Positions 22,220 to 32,558 of a stretch of DNA of 64,000 bases are shown piece by piece. This stretch comes from Blastocatellia bacterium (lineage in GTDB: Bacteria; Acidobacteriota; Blastocatellia; UBA7656): assembly GCA_035575515.1 (NCBI GenBank), contig DATLXU010000127.1:97356-161355 (forward strand). The letters run 5' to 3'. How positions within the stretch are numbered: the stretch's first letter is position 1; each line of letters begins with the position of its first letter. The translations under genes and the position numbers were made by a program. The notes beneath the pieces were generated by a model. It searched no databases, had not been told where the DNA came from, and saw nothing but the letters and a program-made list of their open reading frames with translations.

Positions 22220-22525
22220 ATGCTATCAATAGGTCGTGAAATCAACATAAGTCAAAAAGAAGTCGTTTGCCGCAAATGCCATTGGGAAGGCGCGGGCAGC
22301 CAGCTTTCAATCGGGTTGATTGAGATTGCCCACACGCAGATGTACCTTGCGGCCTATCGCTGCCCACAGTGCCACAGCTTCGATGTAAATCGCAAAGGCA
22401 AGCTGCTTGAGTTTCGTTTGCCCCGCGCGCTCGATTATCAGCAAACGGACGCAGCCACACGCGATGAAAACAGCAACGAAAACGAATCGCGAAAAGATAG
22501 AGGGACGACTCCTTTATGGAGATAG
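22220..22525 (+). CDS. Small zinc-ribbon protein (CxxC...CxxC)
   Basis: CRKCHWEG and CPQCHSFD Cys pairs; lies in the leader region of the KimA-like gene. Confidence 0.35.
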   Translation: MLSIGREINISQKEVVCRKCHWEGAGSQLSIGLIEIAHTQMYLAAYRCPQCHSFDVNRKGKLLEFRLPRALDYQQTDAATRDENSNENESRKDRGTTPLWR

Positions 22526-24939
22526 ACAGTATGGAGATAGACAGCCTTACGCCTAAGACTCCAACAACTCAGAATCGCGTCAGGGTAGTCGTCGCCACGA
22601 CCGTTATGCTTTCGTTCATTTCATTCTGGCGAGCGGCGGCTATTGTCTTAAACGATCTCGGCTCGTCTGCTTTTTATGTCGGCGGAATTGCAGAAAAAGC
22701 TGTGGGGCGAGCGGCTCCTTGGTTCATTCTCGGCGTGATGCTTTTCTCTTACGCCGTGCGCGCCGTTTACGTCGAATCGTGCGCGATGTTCACGCGCGGC
22801 GGCGTTTATCGCGTAGTGAAAGAAGCAATGGGCGGCACGCTCGCAAAGCTTAGTGTCTCGGCTTTGATGTTCGATTACATCCTGACCGGGCCGATTTCCG
22901 GCGTATCAGCAGGCCAGTATATAGTCGGCCTTGCCGCGCAAACCTTAACTTATCTCGGCCATCCGTTGAGTCCCCCTCAATCAACCGTCAATGCAATCGC
23001 GGCTGGTATAGCAGTTTTGATAACCATTTATTTCTGGTGGCGAAATACTAAAGGGCTGCACGAATCATCAGGCGACGCGCTGCGAATAATGTACGTCACG
23101 ACGGCTATGATCGTGATGCTGATAGTGTGGTCAGGCCTGACCATTCTCACCCAGCCCGATAAACGGAGATTACCACCCGCGCCCGTTGCCGAAAATCTTA
23201 GTTTCAATCGCGACGCCGTCGGCTGGCTGCCCAGTATCGCGCCCGGCGCATTGCGAGAGTTGCCGCAGGAAGCCGCACCCGCCGATTCGCCCGCGCCTGA
23301 CCAAACTGCAACTGAGCCGCGCTACGGCATCATCGAGAACGCGGGCGCGCTCTTGGGACTGATCGGAATCCTTATGGCTTTCGGCCATGCGTTTCTCGCA
23401 ATGAGCGGCGAAGAATCGCTCGCGCAGGTCTATCGCGAGCTTGAATACCCGAAGCATAAAAACCTGATGCGAGCCGGGCTTGTGATATTTGTCTACTCAC
23501 TGCTGTTCACATCGCTCGTATCGTTTTTCGCTTACGCAATCATCCCTGACGATGTGAGACCTCAGTATCTTGATAATCTCATCAGCGGCATCTCGATTTA
23601 TCTGATAGGCCCTATGCCGCTGAAGCTGTTGTTTCAAGCCTTCATCGTAATAGTAGGTTTTCTGATGCTTGCGGGCGCGATCAATACTTCGATCATCGGA
23701 TCGAACGGCGTGTTGAATCGTGTGTCGGAAGACGGCGTGCTGACGGACTGGTTTCGTGCGCCGCATCGCAAATACGGTACGACACACCGGATCATTAACC
23801 TGATAGTCGTCCTGCAACTTGTCGCCATCGTCGCCTCGCGCGGAAATACTTACACGCTCGGCGAGGCCTACGCGTTCGGCGTGATATGGTCGTTTGCATT
23901 CAAGGCGCTCGCCGTGCTTGTGCTTCGATTCAAAGACCGCTCGGGCCGCGAGTGGAAAGTCCCTTTCAACATTCGCCTCGACGGCAACGAGCTTCCAATC
24001 GGACTTGGCGTAATCACGACGCTGTTGTTTTCGGTCGCGGGAATAAACCTGATAACGAAAGAGGTGGCGACCGTAGCAGGCGTCGCTTTCACAATAGTCT
24101 TTTTCGTCATCTTCACAATCTCGGAGCGAATCAACCAGCGAAAGCTCGACCGATCAATTGCGGCGCTCGACCAGTTCAAGCTGCACTACGAGCAGAACGT
24201 GAGCATTGATACTGTGAACGTGCGACCCGGCAATGTGCTTGTCGCCGCGCGAGACTATAACACGCTCTCGCATCTCGACCTCGCGCTTGAGCGCATTGAC
24301 ACAGACGAGCAGGACATCGTTGTGATGACGGTAATGGTGATACGTGGGCGCGGGCGCGGGCGAGCGCGATTTGTACGATGCGAACCTGTTCACAGATTAT
24401 GAGCAGCGATTGTTTACGCGAGTCGTTGCGCTGGCCGAGCGACACGGCAAGCCCGTCAACCTGCTCGTCGTGCCGTCAACGAACGTCTTCGACGCAGTGG
24501 CGCAGACCGCGTTGCGATTGGATTCAGCCGAGATAATCACAGGGCTGTCGGCAAAGATGAGCGCCGCCACGAGCTTTCGCGCCGATTGGGCCAGGCGTGG
24601 GAGCGGTTGCCTGAAAAGCCTCGCCGCCAGGTTAAATACACCGTTGTAGAGCCGAGCGGTCACGAGCGCGTCTTTTATCTCGGAGCGCACGCGCCCCAGC
24701 TTACGGAAGAAGACATAAATCTGATTCACAAGATATGGCTTGAGGTGAGCAAGCTGCCGGCCCGCCGCAAGGTGCATCATCGCGACGTTGTGCGTGTGGC
24801 ATTAGAGCGGCTCGCGCGCGATCTGCGCGGGCAGACGGACGTGATGCTGGACTTTTACAGGCTGGAGCACAACGAGGGAAAAAAGATTGGCAGCCGGGTT
24901 GATCGGTCTGACAATAGCGATGCTGGCGGCAGAAAATAG
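22516..24939 (+). pseudogene. kimA: KimA-like APC-superfamily K+ transporter gene with two frameshifts in the cytoplasmic C-terminal domain
   Basis: The N-terminal 12-TM domain aligns by eye to B. subtilis KimA (GGVYRVVKEAMG...FDYILT vs GGAYIVSKENLG...VDYILT; NTKGLHES vs NLRGLSES). The intact frame ends at 24402, but the homologous domain continues in two other frames to 24939. Confidence 0.6.
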
Positions 24940-25017
24940 CGGAAGCAATAACGGCATTCATAACTATTCAATCCCGATAGCCATGAATGCCGTTGTTCCG
25001 AGCGCAAGAGCGGCGCG

Positions 25018-25512
25018 CTATTCGATGTCGGTGACTTTGCCTTTCACCAGAGTGACTTTCAGTTTTAAAGCGGAGTAGATGAGTATCTCTTTCGATCCGG
25101 CGCTGATGGTTCTGTCAGGCTCGCCGAATTTCGCAATCACGTCTTTGCGCTCGATGCCGGGTTTCAATTCTACATTCTTGCCAGACTGCGCGCCGCTTTG
25201 AGCCTGCGATGCGCCCGCGTGAACATCGTCTGAAGGCGCGGTCGCGCCACCGTGAATGGCATCGTTTGGCGGCATCGCGCCTTCGGGCAACGGGCCTGCC
25301 GGAATAGTCTCGCCGGGCTTGATTGGCGGATGACCTTCGGGAAGCTGCGGCGCGCTCGTTTGAGTGCCGCTGTTGACGGATTCCGATTTCGGCCTGCCCT
25401 CTTCTACAACCTGCGAACCGGCTTTGCTCGTCGTCCAATTTCCTACGAGAAAGCCGAGCACGAGACCGGCGACTATGCCTATGATTCCATAACTTATGTA
25501 TTGCCTCTTCAT
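25018..25512 (-). CDS. Hypothetical membrane-anchored protein with a Pro/Gly-rich linker
   Basis: N-terminal TM (IIGIVAGLVLGFLVG), low-complexity linker, small C-terminal domain. Confidence 0.5.
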   Translation of the reverse strand: MKRQYISYGIIGIVAGLVLGFLVGNWTTSKAGSQVVEEGRPKSESVNSGTQTSAPQLPEGHPPIKPGETIPAGPLPEGAMPPNDAIHGGATAPSDDVHAGASQAQSGAQSGKNVELKPGIERKDVIAKFGEPDRTISAGSKEILIYSALKLKVTLVKGKVTDIE

Positions 25513-25741
25513 TGTTAAATGCTCCAGGTTTTAATTGATTGGTGAGATGCTCAAAATAACTGCATCAAGCCAGCAATTATTCTAGCACAGCGCGCGGTAT
25601 AAATCGAACGCGCGGCAGCAGAAGCGCGAGGCGTTTTACAGGGAACACAAGCGTCTCACCCACATGGAGTCAGAATGCAAGCGAATTATAAAGTCGCAGG
25701 CAAGACGTCTGTGTTCCAAGCCCTTCTCAGGTTCACCGAGC

Positions 25742-25936
25742 TTACATCAGTGTTCCGAAAGCGACGAAGCACGCAACGGCCAGAACTAAAAGAATCAGAC
25801 TGAGTCCGGCAGCGAATGCAGCCAAAGGCAAATCCCTCAGCCTCAGTATTTTCATGGTACCCACGCCCGCAAAGACCGCTGATGATAAACAGAACAGACC
25901 GATGACTATGATAATTGCAGCGACAAGAAGCGTCAT
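25742..25936 (-). CDS. Small two-TM membrane protein
   Basis: Two hydrophobic helices in 64 aa. Confidence 0.4.
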   Translation of the reverse strand: MTLLVAAIIIVIGLFCLSSAVFAGVGTMKILRLRDLPLAAFAAGLSLILLVLAVACFVAFGTLM

Positions 25937-26087
25937 ATTAAGCCCACCTCCCTCAGGTTCAGTTTGCTCCGCTCGCCTTGAAGCGACTTGCTACTTCAAA
26001 AGTATAGGCGAGTCTGCGAAGAATCTAAGTGACTGGTGTCACTTCGTTTGCGAGTGATAGAAGAGGGCCAGACGCAACGCGCAAGTG

Positions 26088-26882
26088 TCATCCTTTATCG
26101 CGCCTGAGCGTCAATCCGCCGTCGACGGTTATGACCTGACCTGTGATGTAATTGTCAGGCTCGACGAGCAATCGGACGACGCGGGCCACATCTTCGGGCC
26201 GCCCAAATCGCGGAATGATTTTTTGTTCTATGTAGAAATCGTACTTGCCTGACTCGATTGACTTCACGGCCATACCTGCGCGATTGACTCCCGGAGCCAC
26301 GACGTTCACGCGAATGGAGGGTCCCCATTGCTTCGCCATTATTCTCGCGGCTTGAATCAAAGCGGTCTTCGGCCCGGCGTAGTTGATGCTCGATTCAAAG
26401 ACGGCTACGGCCTGCATCGTTGAAATCAACACGATTGCGCCTGCGGTCTTGCGCTCCTGCATACGGCGAGCGGCTTCGCGCGCAAGCAACACGGGCGCGA
26501 CGTAATTCTTCTCGAAAGAGTCATGAAGGTCTGCGTCGGTCACTTCATCGAATTTGACGCGCGCCGGGTCGCCCGTGAAGCAGACCAGAGCGTAAAGCCC
26601 TTCGCCAATCGCATCGGCTGTCTCAACATAACGCTTTCTTGTCTCAGCGTCCGCGATGTCGCCTTCGACCAGATGCACATCCGCCTTGAAACCGGCTCCC
26701 AGAGCCTGTTTCAGGGCTTCAGCCCGCTTGCGGTTATGCGCGTAACCGGCGACAACCCTTGCGCCGTCGCGCACAAAGATCGCCGCCGCCGCGCTGCCAA
26801 GCCCGCCCGTCGCGCCCGCGACCAGTATCACGCGGCCCGCAAGCCCTCGCTCGTTGAAATCGAAATCAAAGGTGTCGCTCAT
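26088..26882 (-). CDS. Short-chain dehydrogenase/reductase (SDR) family oxidoreductase
   Basis: ILVAGATGGLGSAAA cofactor motif; YxxxK region present. Confidence 0.8.
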   Translation of the reverse strand: MSDTFDFDFNERGLAGRVILVAGATGGLGSAAAAIFVRDGARVVAGYAHNRKRAEALKQALGAGFKADVHLVEGDIADAETRKRYVETADAIGEGLYALVCFTGDPARVKFDEVTDADLHDSFEKNYVAPVLLAREAARRMQERKTAGAIVLISTMQAVAVFESSINYAGPKTALIQAARIMAKQWGPSIRVNVVAPGVNRAGMAVKSIESGKYDFYIEQKIIPRFGRPEDVARVVRLLVEPDNYITGQVITVDGGLTLRRDKG

Positions 26883-27252
26883 ATTATCTCAAGGCGCGGG
26901 TGATCTTTTAACAATCTTGCCCGCACGTTTATCGCCTTTCGGCGCAAAGTATCCTTTGCGTGCGATGATGGCTATTTTGCCTTCGCATTTTTCAACGTCG
27001 GGCAATAGAGCGAAGATAGTTTTTACCATATTTGCGAAAGCTCCTCTGTGCCGTGTGGCGCGGTTGTTATTAGACACCAAAATGGCTGCGCTGTTCCACC
27101 AATATTTGGCGGAACAAATACCGCGCACAAACGTCTAACAGAGCAGAGCGCCGCACCGGGCGCGGTTGAAATCGCAAGCCGCGCGCGCAGCCGCGTTCTA
27201 GCAACAGATAGATTCTGCCAGCCGTGCTTCAATCTCCCTTTAGGAGGCTCAC

Positions 27253-28449
27253 ATGAGAACTCGAATCGGCCTGCTCGCGGGCGTGCTCTTTACAGGACTC
27301 GCGCTGGCCTGCTTTTCATTGCTTTACACATCTCAAGCTCGAACAGAAAAACCGGCACACGAGCAAATACCCAGCACAATCACCGGCACAACTACGAAAC
27401 CGGCAGCGACTACGGCGCACTCCGCCTGGCGAGTCGGCGCGCCCGTCACTTTCGAGAAGTTGACCATCTTTCCCGTAATAACCGACGAGCCTGCCGCAAC
27501 AGATGATTTCATCACGCTTGATGAAGGATTGCGCGCGGGCACGGTCACGGTGACAGAAATCAGTTCCAGCCCGCGAACGGTCAGACCGGTTGCGCCGCCC
27601 AATCCGCGCAATCAACGGGCGCAGCAGAATCAGATTCCAAATCAGGTCGCGCAGATTTCGGATGGCGCGCGCGTGAACACGCTCGCGCTGACGAACAAGT
27701 CGGGCAGGAAGCTGATACTCATCGCAGGCGAAATGGTCATAGGCGGCAAGCAGGATCGCATAGTCGGCCACGATTGCATCGTCGCATCGTCTGACACGCC
27801 CGTGCCGCTTGACGTCTTTTGCGTCGAGCACGGTCGCTGGTCGGGAAGCAGCTTGTCATTCGGCCAGAGCAGCCGCAGTGAAAGCGTCACCGTATCGGGC
27901 GAGGCAAGCGGCTATGGCGTGATGGCTTCGCCGAAGGTGCGCGAGAAAGCGCAGGCGAAAAAACAGCAGACTGAAGTCTGGGATGAAGTTTCAAAGATGG
28001 TTCAGGAAAACCGCGTCGCAACGGCGACGGGCGACCTCAAGAGCGTTTACGAAGACAGGCGCGTGAACTCTTCGCTTGAAAGCTACGAGCGCGCGTTCAA
28101 GGACAACGTGACGGGCGCGAACGTCGTCGGCGTGGTCGTCGCAGTCGGCGGAAAGATAATCTCTGCCGATGTGTTCGCAAGCCCGCGACTGTTTCGAGCC
28201 TACTGGCCGAAGATGCTCAGGTCATACGCGCTCGAAGCAATCAACGCGACTGCAAGCAAGCAGACGGTTGGCGCGCGCGCGGCTGAGGCTTTCCTTGCTC
28301 GCGTCGAAGGCGAGAAAGCAGCTTCGGGTCAGGAAGGCGTTTATCGTTTGACCGAGCATCAATCTGAAAAGGGCGCAAGCTTCGAGCTTGAGAGCGCGGC
28401 GAAGGCTGCGCCCGTGCTCCTTCATTTCAACCGCGTAAACAAACAGTAG
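27253..28449 (+). CDS. Hypothetical secreted protein
   Basis: Signal peptide MRTRIGLLAGVLFTGLALACFS; no family recognised. Confidence 0.55.
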   Translation: MRTRIGLLAGVLFTGLALACFSLLYTSQARTEKPAHEQIPSTITGTTTKPAATTAHSAWRVGAPVTFEKLTIFPVITDEPAATDDFITLDEGLRAGTVTVTEISSSPRTVRPVAPPNPRNQRAQQNQIPNQVAQISDGARVNTLALTNKSGRKLILIAGEMVIGGKQDRIVGHDCIVASSDTPVPLDVFCVEHGRWSGSSLSFGQSSRSESVTVSGEASGYGVMASPKVREKAQAKKQQTEVWDEVSKMVQENRVATATGDLKSVYEDRRVNSSLESYERAFKDNVTGANVVGVVVAVGGKIISADVFASPRLFRAYWPKMLRSYALEAINATASKQTVGARAAEAFLARVEGEKAASGQEGVYRLTEHQSEKGASFELESAAKAAPVLLHFNRVNKQ

Positions 28450-28503
28450 AACGGATTCGGGCAAGGGGGATTGGGAGCAAGTTTCACTCAAGCGTTGAAT
28501 GAT

Positions 28504-28541
28504 GGCCCGCATCACACGGTGCGGGCTTTTGTCTTGAAAAT
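28504..28541 (+). terminator. Rho-independent terminator
   Basis: gcccgcatcacacggtgcgggc hairpin followed by ttttgtcttg. Confidence 0.6.
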
Positions 28542-28665
28542 CTAATTTCGCCCCAAGAGAAATGAGGATAAGCGCGGCGCTAACGAAATAAGAATCGGCC
28601 TCGCGCCGCGCGTCTTTGCAAGCTGTCGCCTGATGCGCTAGGATTCACAGGCGAGGAGAACCATC

Positions 28666-30309
28666 TTGCGCAAGATAGTTGAATGCATTCCTAATTTCAG
28701 CGAAGGCCGCAATAGCGAAATCATTGATCAGATCGTCGCTGCAATAAAAACGGTTCCCGGCGCGGTTCTGCTCGACCGCGAATCAGACCCGAATCATAAT
28801 CGCTCCGTCATAACATTCGTCGCAGAACCAGATCGTGTCGTTGATGCAGCAATCGCCGCCGCTCGCAAAGCCGCAGAGCTGATTGACCTCAACCGCCACA
28901 CAGGCGAACACCCGCGAATGGGCGCAACAGATGTCATTCCATTCGTTCCAATCGCGGGCGTTACGATGGATGATTGCGTAGAGCTTGCGCGCAAATGCGG
29001 CGAGCGGATGTGGCGCGAGCTTGGCGTCCCTGTTTATCTCTACGAAAAGGCTGCGGCGCGGCCCGAACGCGAGAATCTCGCCAACCTGCGACGAGGACAG
29101 TTCGAGGGCATTCGCGACGAGATTGCTACAAACGAAGCGCGGTGGCCCGATTACGGCGAAGCGCGCGTTCATCCGACAGCAGGCATAACGGCTGTCGGCG
29201 CGCGGCCTCCGCTCATCGCTTATAACGTCAACCTCAACACTTCAAACATTGAAATCGCAAATCGTATAGCTCGCGCCGTCCGTCACCTGTCGGGCGGATT
29301 GCGTTACGTCAAAGCATTAGGGTTCGCGCTCAGCGATAGGGGGATCGTTCAGGTCTCGATGAACATGGTCAACTACGAAGGGACGCCGCTGTTTCGCGCC
29401 TTCGAGATGGTAAAGCGCGAAGCTGAACGCTATGGTGTGACGGTCGCAGGTTCGGAGATTGTCGGACTCGTGCCGCAGCGGGCATTGAACGACTGCGCAG
29501 ATTTTTATCTTCAACTCGAAAACTTCAGCGAGAGTCAGATTCTCGAACAGCGACTCATCGCCGCGCTCGAAGAAGACACGGCGACACAGGGGCACGCAGA
29601 CGCGGCGACCGTTGAATCGCCAACCGCACCGTCGCAGTCAGCGTCTGAAACCTCAAACGAATCTCTCGCCGCGTCGCCTCATCCGCGCGTTGCGGTGATG
29701 AATCTTTCAGATTCTGTGGGTCTGTTTCCTGAGCTTGTCGCCGCGAACACGCCAACGCCGGGAGGCGGAAGCGTTGCGGCTCATAGCGGGATGCTTGCGG
29801 CTGCGCTCGGCCAGATGGTCTGCAACCTGACAATTGGCAAAAAGAAATTCGCCGATGCGGAGCTGCGAATCAAAGAGATAAGAAGCGAGCTTGAACGCGC
29901 GGGCGCGCGGCTGCGCGAGCTTATAGCCGAAGACGCCGAGAGCTTTGAAGCGGTGATGGCGGCTTATCGCCTGCCGAAAGATACGGATGAGCAAAAAGCC
30001 GAGCGCGCGGCCCGCATAGAGAAAGCAACGCGCGGGGCAATTGATGTGCCTGTTGAAACTGCTCGCCGCGCATTTGAAGTGTTGAAGCTCGTGCGCGAGC
30101 TTGCCGATATTGGCAACCCGAACGCAATTTCTGATGTAGCAGTCGCCGCGCAACTGGCAGCGACGGCCATCAAAGGCGCATACTACAACGTGCGCATTAA
30201 CCTCAACTCGCTTTCAGACGGCGAGCGGGCGGCGCAATTAGAGCAGCAGGTGACGGGTCTTATTGACGAAGCGCGCAGCATCGCCGGTGAAGTTGAAGCC
30301 AAGATATAG
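28666..30309 (+). CDS. Bifunctional glutamate formimidoyltransferase / formiminotetrahydrofolate cyclodeaminase (FTCD-like)
   Basis: N-terminal MRKIVECIPNFSEGRN formiminotransferase signature; C-terminal cyclodeaminase domain (PTPGGGSVAAHSGMLAAALGQMV). Confidence 0.85.
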   Translation: MRKIVECIPNFSEGRNSEIIDQIVAAIKTVPGAVLLDRESDPNHNRSVITFVAEPDRVVDAAIAAARKAAELIDLNRHTGEHPRMGATDVIPFVPIAGVTMDDCVELARKCGERMWRELGVPVYLYEKAAARPERENLANLRRGQFEGIRDEIATNEARWPDYGEARVHPTAGITAVGARPPLIAYNVNLNTSNIEIANRIARAVRHLSGGLRYVKALGFALSDRGIVQVSMNMVNYEGTPLFRAFEMVKREAERYGVTVAGSEIVGLVPQRALNDCADFYLQLENFSESQILEQRLIAALEEDTATQGHADAATVESPTAPSQSASETSNESLAASPHPRVAVMNLSDSVGLFPELVAANTPTPGGGSVAAHSGMLAAALGQMVCNLTIGKKKFADAELRIKEIRSELERAGARLRELIAEDAESFEAVMAAYRLPKDTDEQKAERAARIEKATRGAIDVPVETARRAFEVLKLVRELADIGNPNAISDVAVAAQLAATAIKGAYYNVRINLNSLSDGERAAQLEQQVTGLIDEARSIAGEVEAKI

Positions 30310-30446
30310 GAGTCGAGGCGAAAAGGATGAGGGATGAAGACGGAAGGATGAATAAGAGTTATTGAATCTCGCATTTCAGGTTTGAGGTTTGAGATTTGAA
30401 ATCTGTTTCATCCTTATCCTTGCACGACCCCTGCCCCCTGAAGCCA
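30310..30446. repeat. Intergenic heptamer-repeat palindrome (aaggatg/agggatg)n ... (catcctt/atcctt)
   Basis: aaaaggatgagggatgaagacggaaggatgaa ... tttcatccttatccttg, plus an aggtttgaggtttgagatttgaaatct sub-repeat; same ggatga subfamily as 58070-58173. Confidence 0.6.
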
Positions 30447-31219
30447 TGCCATACAAAGACATTCAATTCGCCGTGACGGACCGGGTGGCGCGGATAACGT
30501 TCGCGCGACCTCCGTTGAACATCCTCACAATCTCGATGATGAAAGAGGCAGCCGATGCCGTTAATCGCGTGAGCGCGATGTCGGACGTGTGCGCGATTGC
30601 GTTTGCGGCTGCGCCGAGCACGCGCGCTTTTTCGGCGGGCGTCTCCATCGAAGAGCACAGGCCCGAAACGGTCTTTCAAATGCTCGATACTTTCCATTCA
30701 ATCTTTCGCGCGCTCAACAGTGTGTCGAAGCCAGTGGTTGCGATTGTCACAGGCGCGGCGCTCGGCGGCGGGTGCGAGCTTGCCGCGTTCGCCGATATAG
30801 TCATTGCTGCGCAGTCGGCTCGCTTCGGCCAGCCTGAAATCAAGCTGGCGGTCTTCCCGCCGGTTGCGGCTGTAGTGCTCCCGCGCGTCGTTGGCGAAAA
30901 GAAGGCGCGCGAGATGATACTCACGGGCGAGCTTGTCACAGCCGAGCAGGCGCTCGCGATGGGACTGGTTAACTATGTCGTGGGCGAGCAGGAGGTTGAG
31001 TCGAAGGCCGAAGAGATTTTCAACGTGCTCAGGCAGATGAGCGCGCCCGCGCTTGAGATGGCCCGCCGCGCGATTACGCAGTCGGATGGACTCAGCTTCG
31101 ACGAGGCGCTCAAGCGCACCGAAGACATTTATCTCAATCAACTGATGGCGTTCAAAGACCCGCAGGAAGGCGTCGAGGCGTTCACGGCCAAGCGCCCGCC
31201 GCGCTGGAAGCATAAGTAA
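30389..31219 (+). CDS. Enoyl-CoA hydratase/isomerase (crotonase) family protein; probable start at 30447
   Basis: ITFARPPLN...AAGVSIEEH...GGGCELAAFADIVIAAQSARFGQPE crotonase-fold motifs. Confidence 0.8.
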   Translation: MRFEICFILILARPLPPEAMPYKDIQFAVTDRVARITFARPPLNILTISMMKEAADAVNRVSAMSDVCAIAFAAAPSTRAFSAGVSIEEHRPETVFQMLDTFHSIFRALNSVSKPVVAIVTGAALGGGCELAAFADIVIAAQSARFGQPEIKLAVFPPVAAVVLPRVVGEKKAREMILTGELVTAEQALAMGLVNYVVGEQEVESKAEEIFNVLRQMSAPALEMARRAITQSDGLSFDEALKRTEDIYLNQLMAFKDPQEGVEAFTAKRPPRWKHK

Positions 31220-31582
31220 AAGTTGTTGCGCTCAGCCGAGTCAAAGCGCGCGTTTTCAACGATGATGAATTGATTACAGATTTCGTTGAAGCGGCGCGGG
31301 CGTTGTGATATATTGCGAAACCTCATACGAAGTACGGATTCATATCTCGATTGATTTCAACTGGCTTGATTTTTTGCCATAAGCAGAACGCGGGCTAAGG
31401 AAACCGCAGCCGCAGAGTTGAAGCGAAGGCAGGCCGAATAAACAGTCAAATCCTCACCATTCCGGCTGTCCCTGTTTGCCTTTGCTGTCCGTGCTCGCAG
31501 GCATTGCGGCAAGCCCATCCGCTCACCAGAAGACAGATCGCTGATTCAGGCGATGAAAAACGCTTTAGTGGAGGCAACCGTC

Positions 31583-32440
31583 ATGAGGAGAACTTTCGCT
31601 TCTGTTCTGTTGGTCGGTTTAACATTCGCTTCTGCGGCCTGGCTGATGATGCCGACAGCCAAAGCCGAAACCATAATCTTTACCGCCCAGTTGCTGGCTT
31701 CCAACGAAGTCCCGCCGGTAGCCGTCGCTCCGTCGGAAGCGGGCGCAAACGGATTTGCTACGGTCACACTCGACGTGACCAGAGATTCGGGAGGAAACAT
31801 CACCGCCGCCACAGCGAGGTTCGATGTCAGCATAAGCGGCATGGCGGCAAACTCCTCAATCATACTTGCCCACATTCACGAAGGCGGCGCGACCGTCAAC
31901 GGTCCCGTTAGAGTTGATTCGGGCATAACGCCCGCCGCGCCGATTGCAGCGCCGCTCGGCGCTGCCACTTTCACCCGCTCGAACCTGACGGTCGCGCCCG
32001 CGCTCGCGCAGTCAATCATAAACAATCCGGGCGGGTTCTATTTCAACGTCCACACGGCCCTGAGTCCCAACGGCGTTGCGCGCGGACAGCTCTCTCGCCA
32101 GCAGCAGACGACTCCGGGAATCACAGCGCCGACGCTTTCAGAGTGGGGCGCGATACTGATGACACTCTTGATAATCGCCGCCTGCACGTTCTTCCTGCTC
32201 GGGCGCGCTCGCGCGGTTATGGCGACGGCCAATGCTGATAGCTCCGCTCCGCTCGATGCTTCTTTGAAGGCGGTTGATTGGAAGCTGCTGGCGCGCGTCG
32301 CCTTCTACATCGAAGCGGCAATCGCGATTGCGCTGTTTGCCATCGCGCCCGGTGTTGTTGACGCGATAGGCGCGCTCGTCGCGGGTTTGATTGTGGCGTT
32401 CATCGCACACCTGTTCGCAGCAAACGCGCGGCTACGCTGA
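31583..32440 (+). CDS. Secreted CHRD-domain protein with an IPTL-CTERM-like segment followed by an unusual ~65-aa hydrophobic extension
   Basis: Signal peptide; CHRD-like body (FTAQL..NEVPP...GFYFNVHT..NGVARGQL); TAPTLSEWGAILMTLLIIAACTFFLLGRARA resembles the IPTL-CTERM consensus; the ORF continues with two more TM-like helices. Confidence 0.6.
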   Translation: MRRTFASVLLVGLTFASAAWLMMPTAKAETIIFTAQLLASNEVPPVAVAPSEAGANGFATVTLDVTRDSGGNITAATARFDVSISGMAANSSIILAHIHEGGATVNGPVRVDSGITPAAPIAAPLGAATFTRSNLTVAPALAQSIINNPGGFYFNVHTALSPNGVARGQLSRQQQTTPGITAPTLSEWGAILMTLLIIAACTFFLLGRARAVMATANADSSAPLDASLKAVDWKLLARVAFYIEAAIAIALFAIAPGVVDAIGALVAGLIVAFIAHLFAANARLR

Positions 32441-32558
32441 ACGCGTGCAAGTTGAATCTTAAATTGAATGGCGAGTGATGCGCCGACGATGATTAAACTA
32501 TAATTATCGCGCGGGCATCGCTCGCCGTCGTTTAAGCGCGGGCGATTGAATAAAGCTG

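Noticed and set aside
21880-22230. Possible c-di-AMP (ydaO-type) riboswitch in the long leader of the KimA-like gene
   Set aside because: Bacillus kimA is ydaO-controlled, which prompted the check. However, I could not recognise the conserved ydaO pseudo-symmetric helices by eye. A covariance-model scan (Rfam RF00379) would be needed. It is not reported as a feature.
24154-24445. Minus-strand ORFs 24154..24393 and 24176..24445 at the KimA frameshift site
   Set aside because: They lie antisense to the conserved KimA-like C-terminal domain. They are artefacts of the GC-rich repeat at this site.
30698-31213. 171-aa minus-strand ORF within the enoyl-CoA hydratase gene
   Set aside because: Antisense to a crotonase with the conserved GGGCELA motif. 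Arg-rich artefact.
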